Assembly: GCA_950097015.1 (NCBI GenBank)
Contig: CATNEN010000001.1
Span: 15,934,001 to 15,998,000 of the forward strand
Origin: Macrostomum hystrix
Lineage: Eukaryota; Animalia; Platyhelminthes
DNA length: 64,000 bases
Direction: 5' to 3'
The notes below the pieces were generated by a model. That model was not told where the DNA came from. It saw only the letters and a list, made by a program, of their open reading frames with translations, and made no database searches. The translations under genes and the position numbers were made by a program. Positions within the stretch are counted from its first letter, which is position 1, and the number at the start of each line of letters is the position of its first letter. Shown piece by piece: positions 1 to 12,926 of the stretch.

Positions 1-528
1 AAAGATGCACTCTGCAGATCGGGATTCTCTGTGATTCGCTCGATGGCAGCTTTGAAGCTGCGTACATACGAATTTTCCCGATGCAGCATGTTCTGCAGCA
101 GCTCTAGAATGTTTCGATCTAAACCGTTCACCATTGCCATTCGTGTATCCAGTTCAGAGTCACAGAAGAAAATCTGGCAAAATTGTGCCGTCCTGCCCTC
201 AATAGGAAGAAGGCTGCCAATTTTGTGATGGATTTGTCCATTGATGATCAAATTCATTGAGCCTAGAGGAAGATCACGCTTGTTAACACCAAAAGATGTC
301 ATGTGTAGTGCTGCATTGAACCTCCGGATGTTATTTAAAAAGAGCCGGCTTTTTTCATGCTGGCCCTGATAGAGCCGTCGCAGCTCCTCTGGTATGCGCC
401 GCTGCTCCAGCTTCACCTGTCCACCAGTGCAGCAGAGTCCGGCCACCTCCAGCTTCCAACGCAGAGCGCCGCACATTGTGCATGGGTATTCCATCCGACC
501 AGCCGAATGCGTTGCCGCCTCCGCTGAT
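1..528 (-). CDS. Helitron RepHel exon 3 (Zn-finger and N-terminal Rep region), runs off the window
   Basis: Manual translation after acceptor ttgcag gives GRMEYPCTMCGALRWKLEVAGLCCTGGQVKL...FLNNIRRFNAALHMTSFG...INGQIHHKIGSLLP...QFCQIFFCD. This is the CxxCxAxxWxxE...CC..G and NIRxxN...GQxxHxIGSL signature of Helitron RepHel. It is absent from the ORF track. Confidence 0.9.
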
Positions 529-767
529 CTGCAATCGAATAAGCATTAATCTTTGAGTCGCCGTTACCGGACGTTCATGGAATTAAGATAATTTTTTCAA
601 GCTGCGATCAAGTACTACAGGTAGTAGATTTAGCCATAAACCATCCACACAGCATCACCAAAGGAAGAATTGAATGTGCATCAAAAGTTTCTGTGCTGAT
701 GGATTTTTCTGCATTATAACCATTGCAGTTGTAAATGTTATTCATATATAATAGTCGGCACACTTAC

Positions 768-1433
768 ACAGATTGTTCAGTGCAAGTTGAATCCCTAGTC
801 AAAGTTTCATCAGCAGCTCTCGATTTCTCAATGTCAACAAAAGATTCGCAACTCAAGGTAGGCCCGTCAGTGTTGTCGCGATGCTGTCCTGCAGTTGGAG
901 GCAAAGCAGCAGGCAGCCGGCGCTTCTTGACTGGACTCATCACGGAGCTCTCACTTGCAGAAGCGGATCCGATGTCCTGCGCAGACCTTTGCGAATCTGG
1001 CAAGGAATTTCGCAGCGACTGGTAGTGCTCATTGTGCAACAGCAACCGCACAACAGAGACTGGCGGATGAACTGGCGATGTGAAATGCTGCAGTACGCGT
1101 CCATCAATTTGAAAAATAGTAACGTCTATATTGAAGCATTGACTTAGAAGCGGTACTATTTCATCGGGGACTGCAACTCCTTGCGAGCCTGAAGCTCTCA
1201 AAAGTGAAGCACTTGAACCTTGCACAATAAATCCGCTTGCTTCTAAATTCAGTAAATAAGGCTGTGCGCGACGAGTGAGCTCCTGTCGCAAGGTGAAAGC
1301 ATCTGTGCTCAGCTCCGTATTTTTAAGTTGGTCACAGACGGCGTGAAAGAAGCAGTCGCCGTCACCAGGTACATTATGCACAGCAAAGTTTAGCAACGAT
1401 CGCGTTGGTGAAGCGTGGCTTGTGACGAGAGGC
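768..1433 (-). CDS. Helitron RepHel exon 2, OTU cysteine-protease domain
   Basis: VPGDGDCFFHAV (OTU Cys box) and LLLHNEHYQSL (His box). Acceptor ctacag precedes 1433 and donor gtaagt is at 767. The exon is 666 nt, phase 2-2, in frame with both neighbours. Confidence 0.85.
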
Positions 1434-1859
1434 CTGTAGTTGGGAATATAAAGAAGCAGGATTTTTTAATACAATCGATATTTAACTACACTTTCAATCG
1501 GATGGGAAAAGATATAATTTTGAAGGCATTACAAAATATATAATTACACATAGAATTGCGTGGATATCAGGCAAGCGAGAATCGATGTTGGAGAGTATAC
1601 CTATTGCCAAATTCAAATACAAATTATATTCGTTGATCGATATCCATTATACTAATTCTTTATTTGCGTGTGCATGTCCCGCCTTCAATGCGTTTCCCGT
1701 TCACAGCTCGCAGTTCAAAGCCTCACAGATTCGCAACACCGACACCCCCTGTGTGACTACTGTAAGTAGGAATATCAGGAGCAAGTATGTACCTAAAGTT
1801 TTAATTAAAAGCCCCCATCTAAACAGCGTTTGTTATTTCTCATAGCCTTTTTTACTCAC

Positions 1860-2491
1860 AAGCTGCTGGGTGAATCTACGTGCGTTCGCCGAGTTACACT
1901 GGAAATCCGCATGCGATCCAAGCGAGATTGGCGTTCTGATGCAGATTCAGATGCCCTTCGTTCAGCGGTTCGACTTTTCGAATTTTTAAGCCGATTGTCC
2001 CTGACGCCTAAAGATTCGTTTAGTCGTCGCTCAGCGTCCCGTGTTCTGGCCTTTTCTAACCGCTTATCTCTTGCAGCAAGGGACTCATTAGCTCGGTTGT
2101 TAGAATCTCGAGTTCTAAGGTCTGCCAACCGGCTTTGTCTTTCAGGTGACGATTCAGCAGCGCGTCGCTCGGCAGTGCGATGCCTGTCATCATGAAGACG
2201 AGACAGTCTTTCAGGTGACGATTCAGCAGCGCGTCGCTCGGCAGTGCGATGCCTGTCATCATGAAGACGAGACAGTCTTTCAGGTGACGATTCAGCAGCG
2301 CGTCGCTCGGCAGTGCGATGCCTGTCATCATGAAGACGAGCCACTCGACTCGATTCATTTTCCTCCTCTCGACGCCTACGTGCATACTCACGATTCTTCC
2401 GAAGACGCTCTTCTCTTTCATCGTCTGTTTCAGCACGGCGATGCTGCTTCGCTTGGCGGCTCTTTTGGAGAAAGCTCTTGCGCTTAGGCAT
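1860..2491 (-). CDS. Helitron RepHel exon 1, R/E-rich repetitive N-terminus
   Basis: MPKRKS... with three 69-bp (23-aa) RLHDDRHRTAERRAAESSPERLS repeats and degenerate copies, typical of Helitron N-termini. Donor gtgagt at 1859. Confidence 0.8.
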
Positions 2492-2865
2492 TACTTTGCT
2501 TAGACAATGAAGACAAAAATCCGATAAAAGTGTTCAGATATACGAAATGCTTTTTATAGACAAAGCGATGGGTGAATAAATTTGAAGAAACAAACCATGC
2601 AGCTCTCATACCTTTAAATCAATATCTGTTGCATATGTACTCCTGATTTGTACATTCGCCTTTGTACCTGTACAAACTGTACCCTGTCAATACAGAAATT
2701 TCTGTATTGAATGCAGCAGCCAATCGCAAATGTAAGCGATAATCTCATTTAGCATTCAGCTTAAAAACGTGAAACATACGTGAAACATACAAAAGAAAAA
2801 AGGTTACTTAGCACACTGACTGTTACTGAAAGTAGCAGGTGGCATCCATTAAGACAATTAATTTG

Positions 2866-2942
2866 CCAGCCGCACTGGGGACTCGAGCCGGGGAATCCTA
2901 GCCTAACCTAGCCTAAGTGCCTACCAGCTGGCTATCCGACCG
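2866..2942 (-). other. tRNA-like Pol III promoter fragment inside the Helitron 5' region
   Basis: Minus strand reads GGTCGGATAGCCAGCTGGTAGG...GGCTCGAGTCCCC, with A-box-like and B-box-like motifs. No convincing cloverleaf. Confidence 0.4.
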
Positions 2943-3603
2943 TTGATGTGAGGGCACAAAAATCTGCATATTTATGTTTGAATCTCTCACTGCTAGCTAG
3001 CTAAGAAGTGTACATTTTAGTGCGTCTAGGCTAGCAATGAATAATTCAGCCAGCCAGGGTAAGCGGGACCCACAAATACACACGATATGCACATTTAGCA
3101 CTGGGCAATTCATTTGGCCGGCAGGAAAGGTCCACACGCACATTGATGCGCATGGATTTTTTAGCCTATGCAGAAAAGAGGGTAAGAGAGTAAATTGAAC
3201 TTGGGCACTGCTGATGCAATCTAATGAAATGAACACTTTTAGCAAGCCAGAGCAGCCGAGCATGTTTGAACTTGAATGAACTTTGCAAAAAATACAGTTT
3301 TCTGTCAATTTAACAGTCTTAATATAAACAGAATTCAACCAATTTTAAGCCACACCACCGGCTGAAAATTTCGAATCGAATTCAACAAATCCGGTTGAAA
3401 ATGGTCCAGGCATTCAGCTTAAAACGTGAAACATACGGACAGACAGACAGACAGACAGACAGACATAGGCAGAAACATACACAGATTTAGGTATTAGACT
3501 AGCACAAGTTTTGCCCCCCTTCGGGGAGCAGAAATATTTTTAATTCGTCCAGTATACACTTTTTAGCAGCTGTATTTTTAGCCTTTTTTACGCTACAATG
3601 ATC

Positions 3604-4207
3604 AGTTGACAATGATCCCCCAGTTAATAATGATCCCCCGGTTGACAATGGTCCCTCAGTCGATAATGATTCCCAGTTGATGATGATCCCCCAGTTGACA
3701 ATGATCCCCCAGTTGACAATGATCCCCAGTTGACAATGATCTGGGACAATGATCCCCCAGTTGACAATGGTCCCCCAGTCGACAATGATTCCCCAGTTGA
3801 CAATGATCCCCCAGTTGATGATGATCCCCCAGTTGACAATGTTCCCCAAGTTGACAATGATCCCACAGTTGACAATGATCCCCCAGTTGATGATGATCCA
3901 CCAGTTAAAGATGATCACCCAGTTGACAATGATCCCCCAGTTGACATTGATCCCCCAGGTTACAATGATCCCCCAGTTGATGATGATCACCCAGTTGACA
4001 ATTATCTCCCAGTTGACTATGATCCCCCATTGATGATGATCCCCAGTTGACAATGTTACCCCAGTTGGCTATTACCCCCTAGTTGACAATGATCCCCCAG
4101 TTGATGATGATCACCCAGTTGACAATGATCTCCCAGTTGACCATGATCCCCCATTTGATGATGATTCCCCAGTTTACAATTATCCCACAGTTGACGATTA
4201 TCCCCCA
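3604..4207. repeat. 18-bp minisatellite (CCAGTTGACAATGATCCC)n
   Basis: Visible tandem array that explains the repetitive ORFs at 3499-4053. Confidence 0.95.
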
Positions 4208-4210
4208 TTT

Positions 4211-4499
4211 CTGGTTTAGCTTTGATTCAAACTCTGGTTTAGCCATGATATAAACTCTGGTTTAGCCATGATTCAGACGCTGGTTGGCCATGATTCAAAC
4301 GCTGGTTTAGCCATGATTCAAACTCTGGTTTAGCCATGATTCAAACTCTGGTTTAGCCATGATTCAAACTGTGGTTTAGCCATGATTCAAACTCTTGTTT
4401 AGCCATTATTCAAACTCTGGTTTTGCCATGATTCAAACTCTGGTTTAGCCATGATTCAGACTCTGGTTTAGCCATGATTCAAACGCTGGTTTTGCCATG
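4211..4499. repeat. 23-bp minisatellite (CTGGTTTAGCCATGATTCAAACT)n
   Basis: Visible tandem array, about 12 copies. Confidence 0.95.
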
Positions 4500-4600
4500 A
4501 GAACTAATTTCCCCAGCAGCAGAGAACTAATTTCCCCAGCAGCAGAGAACTAATTCCCCCAGCAGCAGAGAACTAATTCCCCCAGCAGCAGAGAACTAAT
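4499..4600. repeat. 23/24-bp tandem repeat (GAGAACTAATTTCCCCAGCAGCA) x4
   Basis: Visible tandem array. Confidence 0.9.
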
Positions 4601-6910
4601 GTTCTCCAAACAGAAGAGAACCTCCATAATACCAGAATGGAGGCTACTTGCAGGCTACCAAACTCGCAGCAAGAAATTTTTGCCCTTTTTCTTTGACAGG
4701 AAACCATTGCCCCCAAATAGCATAGAAACGATGTGTCCATCGTTTTACTCAGCCCAGAAGGCAACAAATATCTCCTGTTACATCTCCTGTTACATGTGGC
4801 ACTGTAGATACATTTAGAAAACTGTTAAACACATTTAGAAAATCGTTGGACACATTTAGAAAATCGTTGAGCACTTTAGAAAACGGTTTCGATCAGTGTT
4901 CGTCGAATAAAGTTTTATAATTATTATTATTAAATAAGCTATTTTTTTTTATCGAATAACGCTTAAAACAATGCTCAAAAAAAGAAAAATTTGAAATTAT
5001 TTACGCTCTTAGCTGCGCTCAATATTTTTTCTTGCAGTTCTCAATTGTGATAACGCCTGCAGCTATGCACAAAAAATATTTCCTAAGTTTTATTATCGAA
5101 TAAAACTTGCTGCTTTACTCGAAAACGAATACTATTTTCTGAAAGCGAGTACAGGAATAATAAAGCTAACAAATATCTGCTTCGACAGTAGCTAACCAAA
5201 ATCGCTTACTTACTTACTCGTATTTATACTCGAACCCAAAAATGCCCAAAAAATACTAATAAACAGGAGCTTACGTTTTTTACTGCTGATGATTAGAAAA
5301 TTAAAAGAAAAAGAAGCAGTAACAAAACCGATGCTGAAATTCTACCTGCATTCTACAAAAGCATTAAAGTACTTTACTTCGGAGCTAGATGAAAAGAAAG
5401 CGGCACAATGATCGAAGTCGAGACAAGGTTTGACAATAGAAAGGCTGCAGTTTTATGGATAGAAAGGAGGAGGAGAGGTCTCGCTAGCATTGAGCATCAT
5501 AAAAGCCCAATCATGAAATCTGCTATGTACGGTTTGCGTATTCAAATCAAATCACTCGATCAGCCAAGAGACAAATTTATAAACGTACGTACGGGTCGAA
5601 AAGCAGTGACGCAATCCTATTCAATTGAGAGTATCGGGCCCTGTTCAGTGCTATACCAATGCACGCGCGGGCGAGAAAAAGCACCGATGCAATCTAATAA
5701 AGCTGACAGTGTCCGGCCCTATTCTAATTTAACATTGTTTGGCCTCCTATTGAAAGCAATAGGAAAACTCGTTTTTCGAATATTTAATATTGTTAGCATT
5801 GAAGCAGACTAACGAAATTTTCAAGGTCTCATGCCAGTAAAATTTGGCATGTTTAGCAAAAAACGCGATCAAATTTGGTTGAGGCATTTAGCCGGTGTAT
5901 CGAAATTCCACAGACAGACAGACAGACAGACAGACAGACTTTAGAGATTTAGTATAGTTGGATTATCGCAACAAATAAATTGTCGGTTCGGTTTCTACAC
6001 ACTAATTAAGTGCAAGCTAAGTGAAGCGTAAAATACAGCTGGAGCATATCTATTTGTCCATCAGCAAAGATTTAAAAGTTTATAAGCACTTTGAACTTTG
6101 TATTTGCACTTTGAACACATACGAAAATTACTTTAGAATTTCGATAAGCAAGAGTCGACGAAAATGAATATTGATTTATTGTAGCGCAGTTTAGTATAAA
6201 GTGTAATTCCGACTGTGGCTGCTTAATTTAGAGCGATTAATTTGGTGTAAAAATAATGATCAAGGACGCATAGCGGGAGAAAATAATGAACACTAAGTAT
6301 CTGTATACATGAGGAATGTAAGCCATATTATAGGCAGATTGCATCCAAGCCGTAAATTTTTTGTTGAACTGAATTAGTTGCAGTTGCAGGGTACTAAATG
6401 CATAGCAATTGAAGAAGAGTGAAATTTGAGAACTAAAAATGGGAAAGCTGAAAGAGCCAATAATAAAAGAGCACCCTTTTTCCTGAAAAAGGCTCTTTAA
6501 GCTTTTCTTTCGTACAGAATGCCTGCTGTGACTATTAATTAATAAAAACTACTTTTCGAATTTATTTCTCACGCCGAACAGTTTTATTGCAGTGATTATG
6601 CCGCTAAACAGTACGGCAACAGTTTCATGACGCTCGAACTTCTGAGGAGCAATCTTAGAATAGACATTGATATAAATGTCATCCGCAGCTTCCATTTCTT
6701 GACGCACCTGACCGTGTACCGGGCGTCTGGTGTTCATGGAGAACATCTGGAAGAAATTCGGAAGGTTTTAGACCCGATTTACATTCGAGTATTTATCTTT
6801 GTCTATAATGATTGCCTATAATCAAAATTATAAACGTATATTACCAAATTTGTGAAAGGATCATTGTCATTGACAATACAACAACAACAAGAACGAACAA
6901 CTGTCTTTGA

Positions 6911-7822
6911 CAATGGCAATGAGAAATATAATTACTGATTATTATCTACAACCGTATTTGCGAAAACAGTATTACTTCTTGGATTGGGGAATTTCTTTGT
7001 CTAACAGTCCAGTCTAAATAACTTCATATTGTGCGCTACACTAAGAAGTAAGTACCTGATCTTGATGGATGGAATACGATAGGCCTCGAAAGTGCCGCTA
7101 AAATTTAACGCTATAATTTAGATTTTCTCTAAGATCTGTCTATGCCCAAAAACCAGCTAGAGAAAAATAACTTACTACATGCATCCTTAGCCTGCAATGG
7201 CAATGACAATGACAATGACAATGACAATGGCAATGAGAAATATAATTACTGATTATTATCTACAACCGTATTTGCGAAAACAGTATTACTTCTTGGATTG
7301 GGGAATTTCATTGTCTAACAGTCCAGTCTAAATAACTTCATATTGTGCGCTACACTAAGAAGTAAGTACCTGATCTTGATGGATGGAATACGATAGGCCT
7401 CGAAAGTGCCGCTAAAATTTAACGCTATAATTTAGATTTTCTCTAAGATCTGTCTATGCCCAAAAACCAGCTAGAGAAAAATAACTTACTACATGCATCC
7501 TTAGCCTGCAATGGCAATGACAATGACAATGACAATGACAATGGCAATGAGAAATATAATTACTGATTATTATCTACAACCGTATTTGCGAAAACAGTAT
7601 TACTTCTTGGATTGGGGAATTTCATTTTCTAACAGTCCAGTCTAAATAACTTCATATTGTGCGCTACACTAAGAAGTAAGTACCTGATCTTGATGGATGG
7701 AATACGATAGGCCTCGAAAGTGCCGCTAAAATTTAACGCTATAATTTAGATTTTCTCTAAGATCTGTCTATGCCCAAAAACCAGCTAGAGAAAAATAACT
7801 TACTACATGCATCCTTAGCCTG
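6911..7822. repeat. 314-bp tandem triplication with (CAATGA)n at the junctions
   Basis: Near-identical units start at 6911, 7225 and 7539. Confidence 0.95.
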
Positions 7823-9261
7823 TTTGCGAAGGGCCTTTCTCAAACCCATTATGCTTTTTATGCGGATTATACAAATAGCCGATAAGCTTCTAAAAATTGT
7901 TTTAAACAGAGCATTATTAATTAATCAAGAGTAAGCGTGACCAATGAGACGTGGCTCATACCTCTGACACTTGCCGCGCCAATGGATGAAGTTCTACATC
8001 TTCTGGGCTGCATGAAAAGTATGGTGGCTTATCCTGGCGGGCCACAATTAAAAAGAATCTCCACGATGGGTCCTTGCGAAGCTACCTTTTTCGATAGGTG
8101 TGGTAGCAAATTTTATAGCGATAAAAAGTGAGTCCGCCAAGCAAAAAATGCAGTTTACAATTTTCTCTATCGTTAAGAGCTTGGGGGGCAAGATAGCTAG
8201 GAGGACTAGATTGAAGGTGTGCCACCTTAGCAGGTCGAAGTGCATTAATATTGCTTAATATTTCGAAATTATTTTTTACTTCTGATCATGTCACCCAATA
8301 AAATGAACAAAAACCTTTGTAAATATTTTAAAACTTAGCGGCCTATTTGTACTGAGGATACTGACTGAAGCACTTTAATAAAGCAGACTACTGCATCAAA
8401 AAATCGCCCCCTACCTCCAATCGGACCTACATATGGAGGGAGGAAAGCGATTTTTTAGTTTTTATTAGGGAACATAATTGAAAACAGCGGGAGGGAGCGT
8501 GGAGAATCGGAGAGTGAGAGAGACAGTAGATCTATCTACCTATGCCCACCTGTCAAAAACGTAAACAGATAATTAAAGGAAAGATGATCCACAAATTTTT
8601 ATCCAAAACAGCACTTGTTTTGTACATGCAACAACACGAACGGGCAGACACACACACGAGCGGTGCCATCAAGCCACGTTACCATATATATTAATATTTA
8701 ATTAATTAAAATGCTCAGTTATTCAACTCGAATCACCAGGATGGACAGGTTGGAACATATTTAAATACTAAATTAATTTATAATTTAGATGTTGCGTTAC
8801 TTCAGTACGTAGGATATAATTAATGGGACCGAACATATTTGTTATTCACTAAGCATGGTAACTTTAAAATGCATATAATAAATATAATAATTTTACGTTG
8901 TACCAGCGATTATTGAGACTTTTATATAGTACAAAATTAGGATTGATGATGACAGACTGAAATGCGTTGCACTTTAAAAAGTACTTGCCTACTTTAAAGT
9001 ACGCACTTTAAAAGAATACCAGAGTACTCTATTGCTACGCCCTTAAAGACTACCAGAGTACTTAAGAGTGCTTAAAGAGTACAGTGTGAAAACACTGCCT
9101 TAAACAGAAACTGGGTTCGAGGAACGAAGACAAGAACTTTAGTTTTAATTAATAAAAAATATATTAAAAGCAGCGAGATGAAGCCCCGTTTAACAGTCAG
9201 CTGCAGCTACTGGCCTTCCCGACCAGCCCCCCTCTCAATATCGTTAGCGCTGGTAGCGGCA

Positions 9262-9648
9262 GCAGCGCCAGCAGCAGCCGCCCCTTGGTTGGGGTTGCAA
9301 AAGTCGCTCGCCGCGCTAGCAGCAGCCGCCCCTTGGTTGAGTTGCAAAAGTCGCTTGCCACGCTAGCAGCAGCCGCCCCTTGGTTGAGTTGCAAAAGTTG
9401 CTTGCCACGCTAGCAGCAGCCGCCCCTTGGTTGGGGTTGCAAAAGTCGCTTGCCATGCTAGCAGCAGCCGCCCCTTGGTTGGGGTTGCAAAAGTCGCTTG
9501 CTACGCTAGCAGCAGCCGCCCCTTGGTTGGGGTTGCAAAAGTCGCTTGCCACTCTAGCAGCAGCCGCCCCTTGGTTGGGGTTGCAAAAGTCGCTCGCCGC
9601 GCTAGCAGCAGCCGCCCCTTGGTTGGGGTTGCAAAAGTCGCTCGCCGC
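9262..9648. repeat. 47/48-bp GC-rich minisatellite, about 8 copies
   Basis: GCTAGCAGCAGCCGCCCCTTGGTTGGGGTTGCAAAAGTCGCTTGCCAC repeats. Confidence 0.95.
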
Positions 9649-10600
9649 TAGACTTGAAAATCGAACCCAGTAACATTAATTAACACTGTATACAAAGGTC
9701 TCAGAAATAATAAAATAATACTCATAATAGAAAATCTTAGACATTCTGTATATTTGGATTACAAATTGTAAAGAGAAAAATCGGAAAAATACAATATATG
9801 CTATTGGTAGAAAAATACCATGTAATCAATATATTTAGAATTCAATAATAAAAACAATAAAATATTGTTTATTAATTATTGTGCAACTGGGCTAAGTAGC
9901 ATAGCTGGCAATGGTAATAATTACAAAGTTGAAAGTGAACATGCTACCTCAATTAATTTTACATTTAACGTAAAAATAATCTTACAATGAACAACAGAAT
10001 TAGTTTTTAAAAACGGTTTGGCACTCCAATTCTGTTTACTATAATTTAAAATGATATTTTCCAAGACATTCAGCATTAAAAGTACAGACTTTTAATACCC
10101 ACAGGTAAGTAAAACCACTGGATACAACTTTGCAGTGAAATGCATTGCCATTCAATAAAAGTTACCCAACATTAGGTAGGTGTAGCCTGATCATTTAGCT
10201 AAGTCCAAAATTAGACACAACAGCTTTTTAAAAATGCAAAACAAAACAAATCAATCAATCAATATCAAAATCAATGTTGAGAGAAAAATACTGCTGTGTC
10301 AAAAACAAAAAGCGTTGAACATTTAACTAACCTCATGGTACAATGAGACTTACAAAGCAAACAACAATATTTTTATAGAAATTTTAGACAGTAAAAATAT
10401 TTTACACTGTGGAGGTTAATAAATGCTACTCACATTTTTAAGGACTTTCACTGCACAGTTTGTAGGCAGTGCTGTGCGCAATAATTTATTCACAAAATTG
10501 TATTTAAGCTGCCAAAAGGCAAATTTGTGCACAGCACCCACTCAATAGTGTTTATTTTTTAAAAAGAATACTTAAATTGTATCTCAAGCAAACATAAGCT

Positions 10601-10950
10601 TTCTAAGTGCTTTGCTTATAGAAATTCAGCAGCCATTGCAGTGCAAATTGCTCGCCAAAAGGCAATAAATTGACAAAAGGCAATTAATCACCAAAAAGGC
10701 AAATTGTGCATTTCATGTGCTTTGCTCATAGGAATTCAGCGACCATTGCAGTGCACATTGTGCTATTAATCACCCAAGGCAATTAATCGCAAAAAAGGCA
10801 AGTGGTTTTCTTTCTAAGTGCTTTGCTTATAAGAATTCACCAGCCATTGCTGCGAATTACACTATAAATCACCAAAAGGCAATTAATTGACAAAAAAGCA
10901 AATGGTGTATTTCAAGAGCTTTGCTTTGATAAAAATTCAGCAACTATCGA
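10601..10950. repeat. Degenerate tandem repeat of about 100-110 bp, about 4 copies
   Basis: Recurring TGCTTTGCTTATAGAAATTCAGCAGCCATTGC and CAAAAGGCAATTAAT blocks. Confidence 0.7.
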
Positions 10951-11862
10951 TCACAAAACTGCATTATTGCATTAAACTGCTAAGAATCTCATTCAATACT
11001 TAAACGTATCTGCTTAACCATTCAAAAAGTAAAGACAGTTTGAATAATAAAAATAATTGCTTACTTGAGTCTCTAAAAAATTTATAAAAAGTCAACGAAC
11101 ATCAGACAGCGAGCTTTATACATCAGTTAGTATTTAAAATAAAATTAGAAGCTTAGACTTACAGTGTAAAATTGATAACAATTGAATATATTACAATTAA
11201 AACTTGAAGAATATAATATATTGTACAATAATTATATATAAGGTAGTAGGATACAAATAAATAGCTTAACAAAACCGAATATTATAGCTACAAATTGAAG
11301 CTTGAAAAGATTTCAGATTTAGATAGCGTTTGATTGGATAAGTTGCTTTGAAAATTTGAGGTCAAATTTGTCCTACAGCAATTAAACTATTGTAAACATA
11401 ACCGATTAAAAATTATTTTTTTGTAGAAATTATAAGGAACAGAACGACTGTAATGTACAATTTCATTATTTAAAAATGCTTTTTTCAGTTTCTGAAGCAA
11501 CTTATTTTTATTATTATTAAATTTTGTTATACAATTTATAAAATGCTTATTTTCAAAATATGCACTCAAAAAGTAAGTTCAACAGCTTTAAAAATGCGCA
11601 CGTTTGTACACTTAACGGCTCCAAAAAGTCACCATAGAAGCTTTTTGCAGGACGCAAGAATTTTTACGTTACAAAATAGCACTTTTGTGTGCATTTTTTA
11701 TTCAGTTTCAAAAGGCTTTTTAGTTACCTATTTGGTATTTTCTTCTTTTAAAGAATTTTGCGAAATTAGGTCTTTTTAACTTATTACGAAACTGTGGACC
11801 CACACTTTTACGCAACGCAATGCGCATGATGTCATCTTAAAGCACTTGCTAAATGCTATTTA

Positions 11863-12926
11863 TTGACACCACACTGAAGGCCTGGCGTAGCATCGTTAAT
11901 AAATGGCAGCGTGAAATATAGCAAAAAAACGCATAGTACCGGAACCTCGTAATTCGGTAAAATGTTAATAGCGTCAAAATACGAATTTTCGCACACTAAC
12001 GAAGATGGCAGTCATCTGTACGTGTTTACTGGGCACAATAGTGCTCTTGGAAGCTAAGAACCTCATAGCGAAAATTAATATATTTTCCGCCCTATGTAGT
12101 GCTCAAGTGGGTTGTTTTTGCACAAAATCACGTTTTTCGATTTTGAGAGTAAATTAAAAATTTTTTTTGCAACTGACAGACGTGAATGTCACTTTTTCTT
12201 AGAGTAGTCATCTAGATGTTTCTAATAAGTACTAATATGGGTCATTCTTATGCTTCACCTATCCTTACTATAGGTACAAAGTCATTATTTCATTTCCAGC
12301 AAGTCACGTGACCTGGCCTGAGGTGTACAACGCATCGTGCAATGCCAGCGAACATACACTCAAATTAAAGCACTTTTTAAATGCTAACTATTGACACCAC
12401 ACTGAAGGCCTGGCGTAGCATCGTTAATAAATGGCAGCGTGAAATATAGCAAAAAAACGCATAACACCGGAACCTCGTAATTCGGTAAATGTTATTAGCG
12501 TAAAAATACGAATTTTCGCACACTAACGAAGATAGCAGTCATCTGTACGTGTTTACTGGGCACAATAGTGCTCTTGGAAGCTAAGAACCTCATAGCGAAA
12601 ATCAATAAATTTTTCACCCTATGTGTGCTCATATGGGTTGTTTTTGCACAAAATCACGTTTTTCGATTTTAAAAGTCAATTATAACAAAATTTTGCAACT
12701 GACAGACGTGAATATCATTTTTTCTGACAGTAGTCATCTAGGTGTTTCTAATAAGTACAAATTTTGGCTCATTCTTACGCTTCACCTATCCTTAGTATAG
12801 GTACAAAGTCATTATTTCATTTCCAGCAAGTCACGTGACCTGTCCTGAGGTGTACAACGCATCGTGCAATGACAGCGAACATACATTCAAATTAAAGTAC
12901 ATCTAAAATGTAGTTCAATGACACCA
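11863..12926. repeat. Direct tandem duplication of about 528 bp, probably inside a non-autonomous TE
   Basis: TTGACACCACACTGAAGGCCTGGCGTAGC starts at 11863 and 12391. Copies are highly similar throughout. Confidence 0.9.

Larger units (their letters stand above)
1..3498 (-). mobile_element. Helitron, 5' part of an autonomous-type element (continues beyond the window start)
   Basis: Spliced RepHel-like gene on the minus strand. Putative 5' terminus TC at 3498-3497 is followed by a (TGTC)n microsatellite, as in many animal Helitron 5' ends. Confidence 0.8.
3499..5962 (-). mobile_element. Putative non-autonomous Helitron carrying three minisatellites
   Basis: 5' end A|TCCAACTATACTAAATCT followed by (GTCT)n at 5962-5909. 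3' end is an imperfect GC hairpin (3512-3530) about 9 nt from CTAG (3502-3499), followed by T. Confidence 0.5.

Noticed and set aside
6549-6821. Short ORFs in a GC-richer island
   Set aside because: No recognisable motif or partner exon; a gene call cannot be supported.
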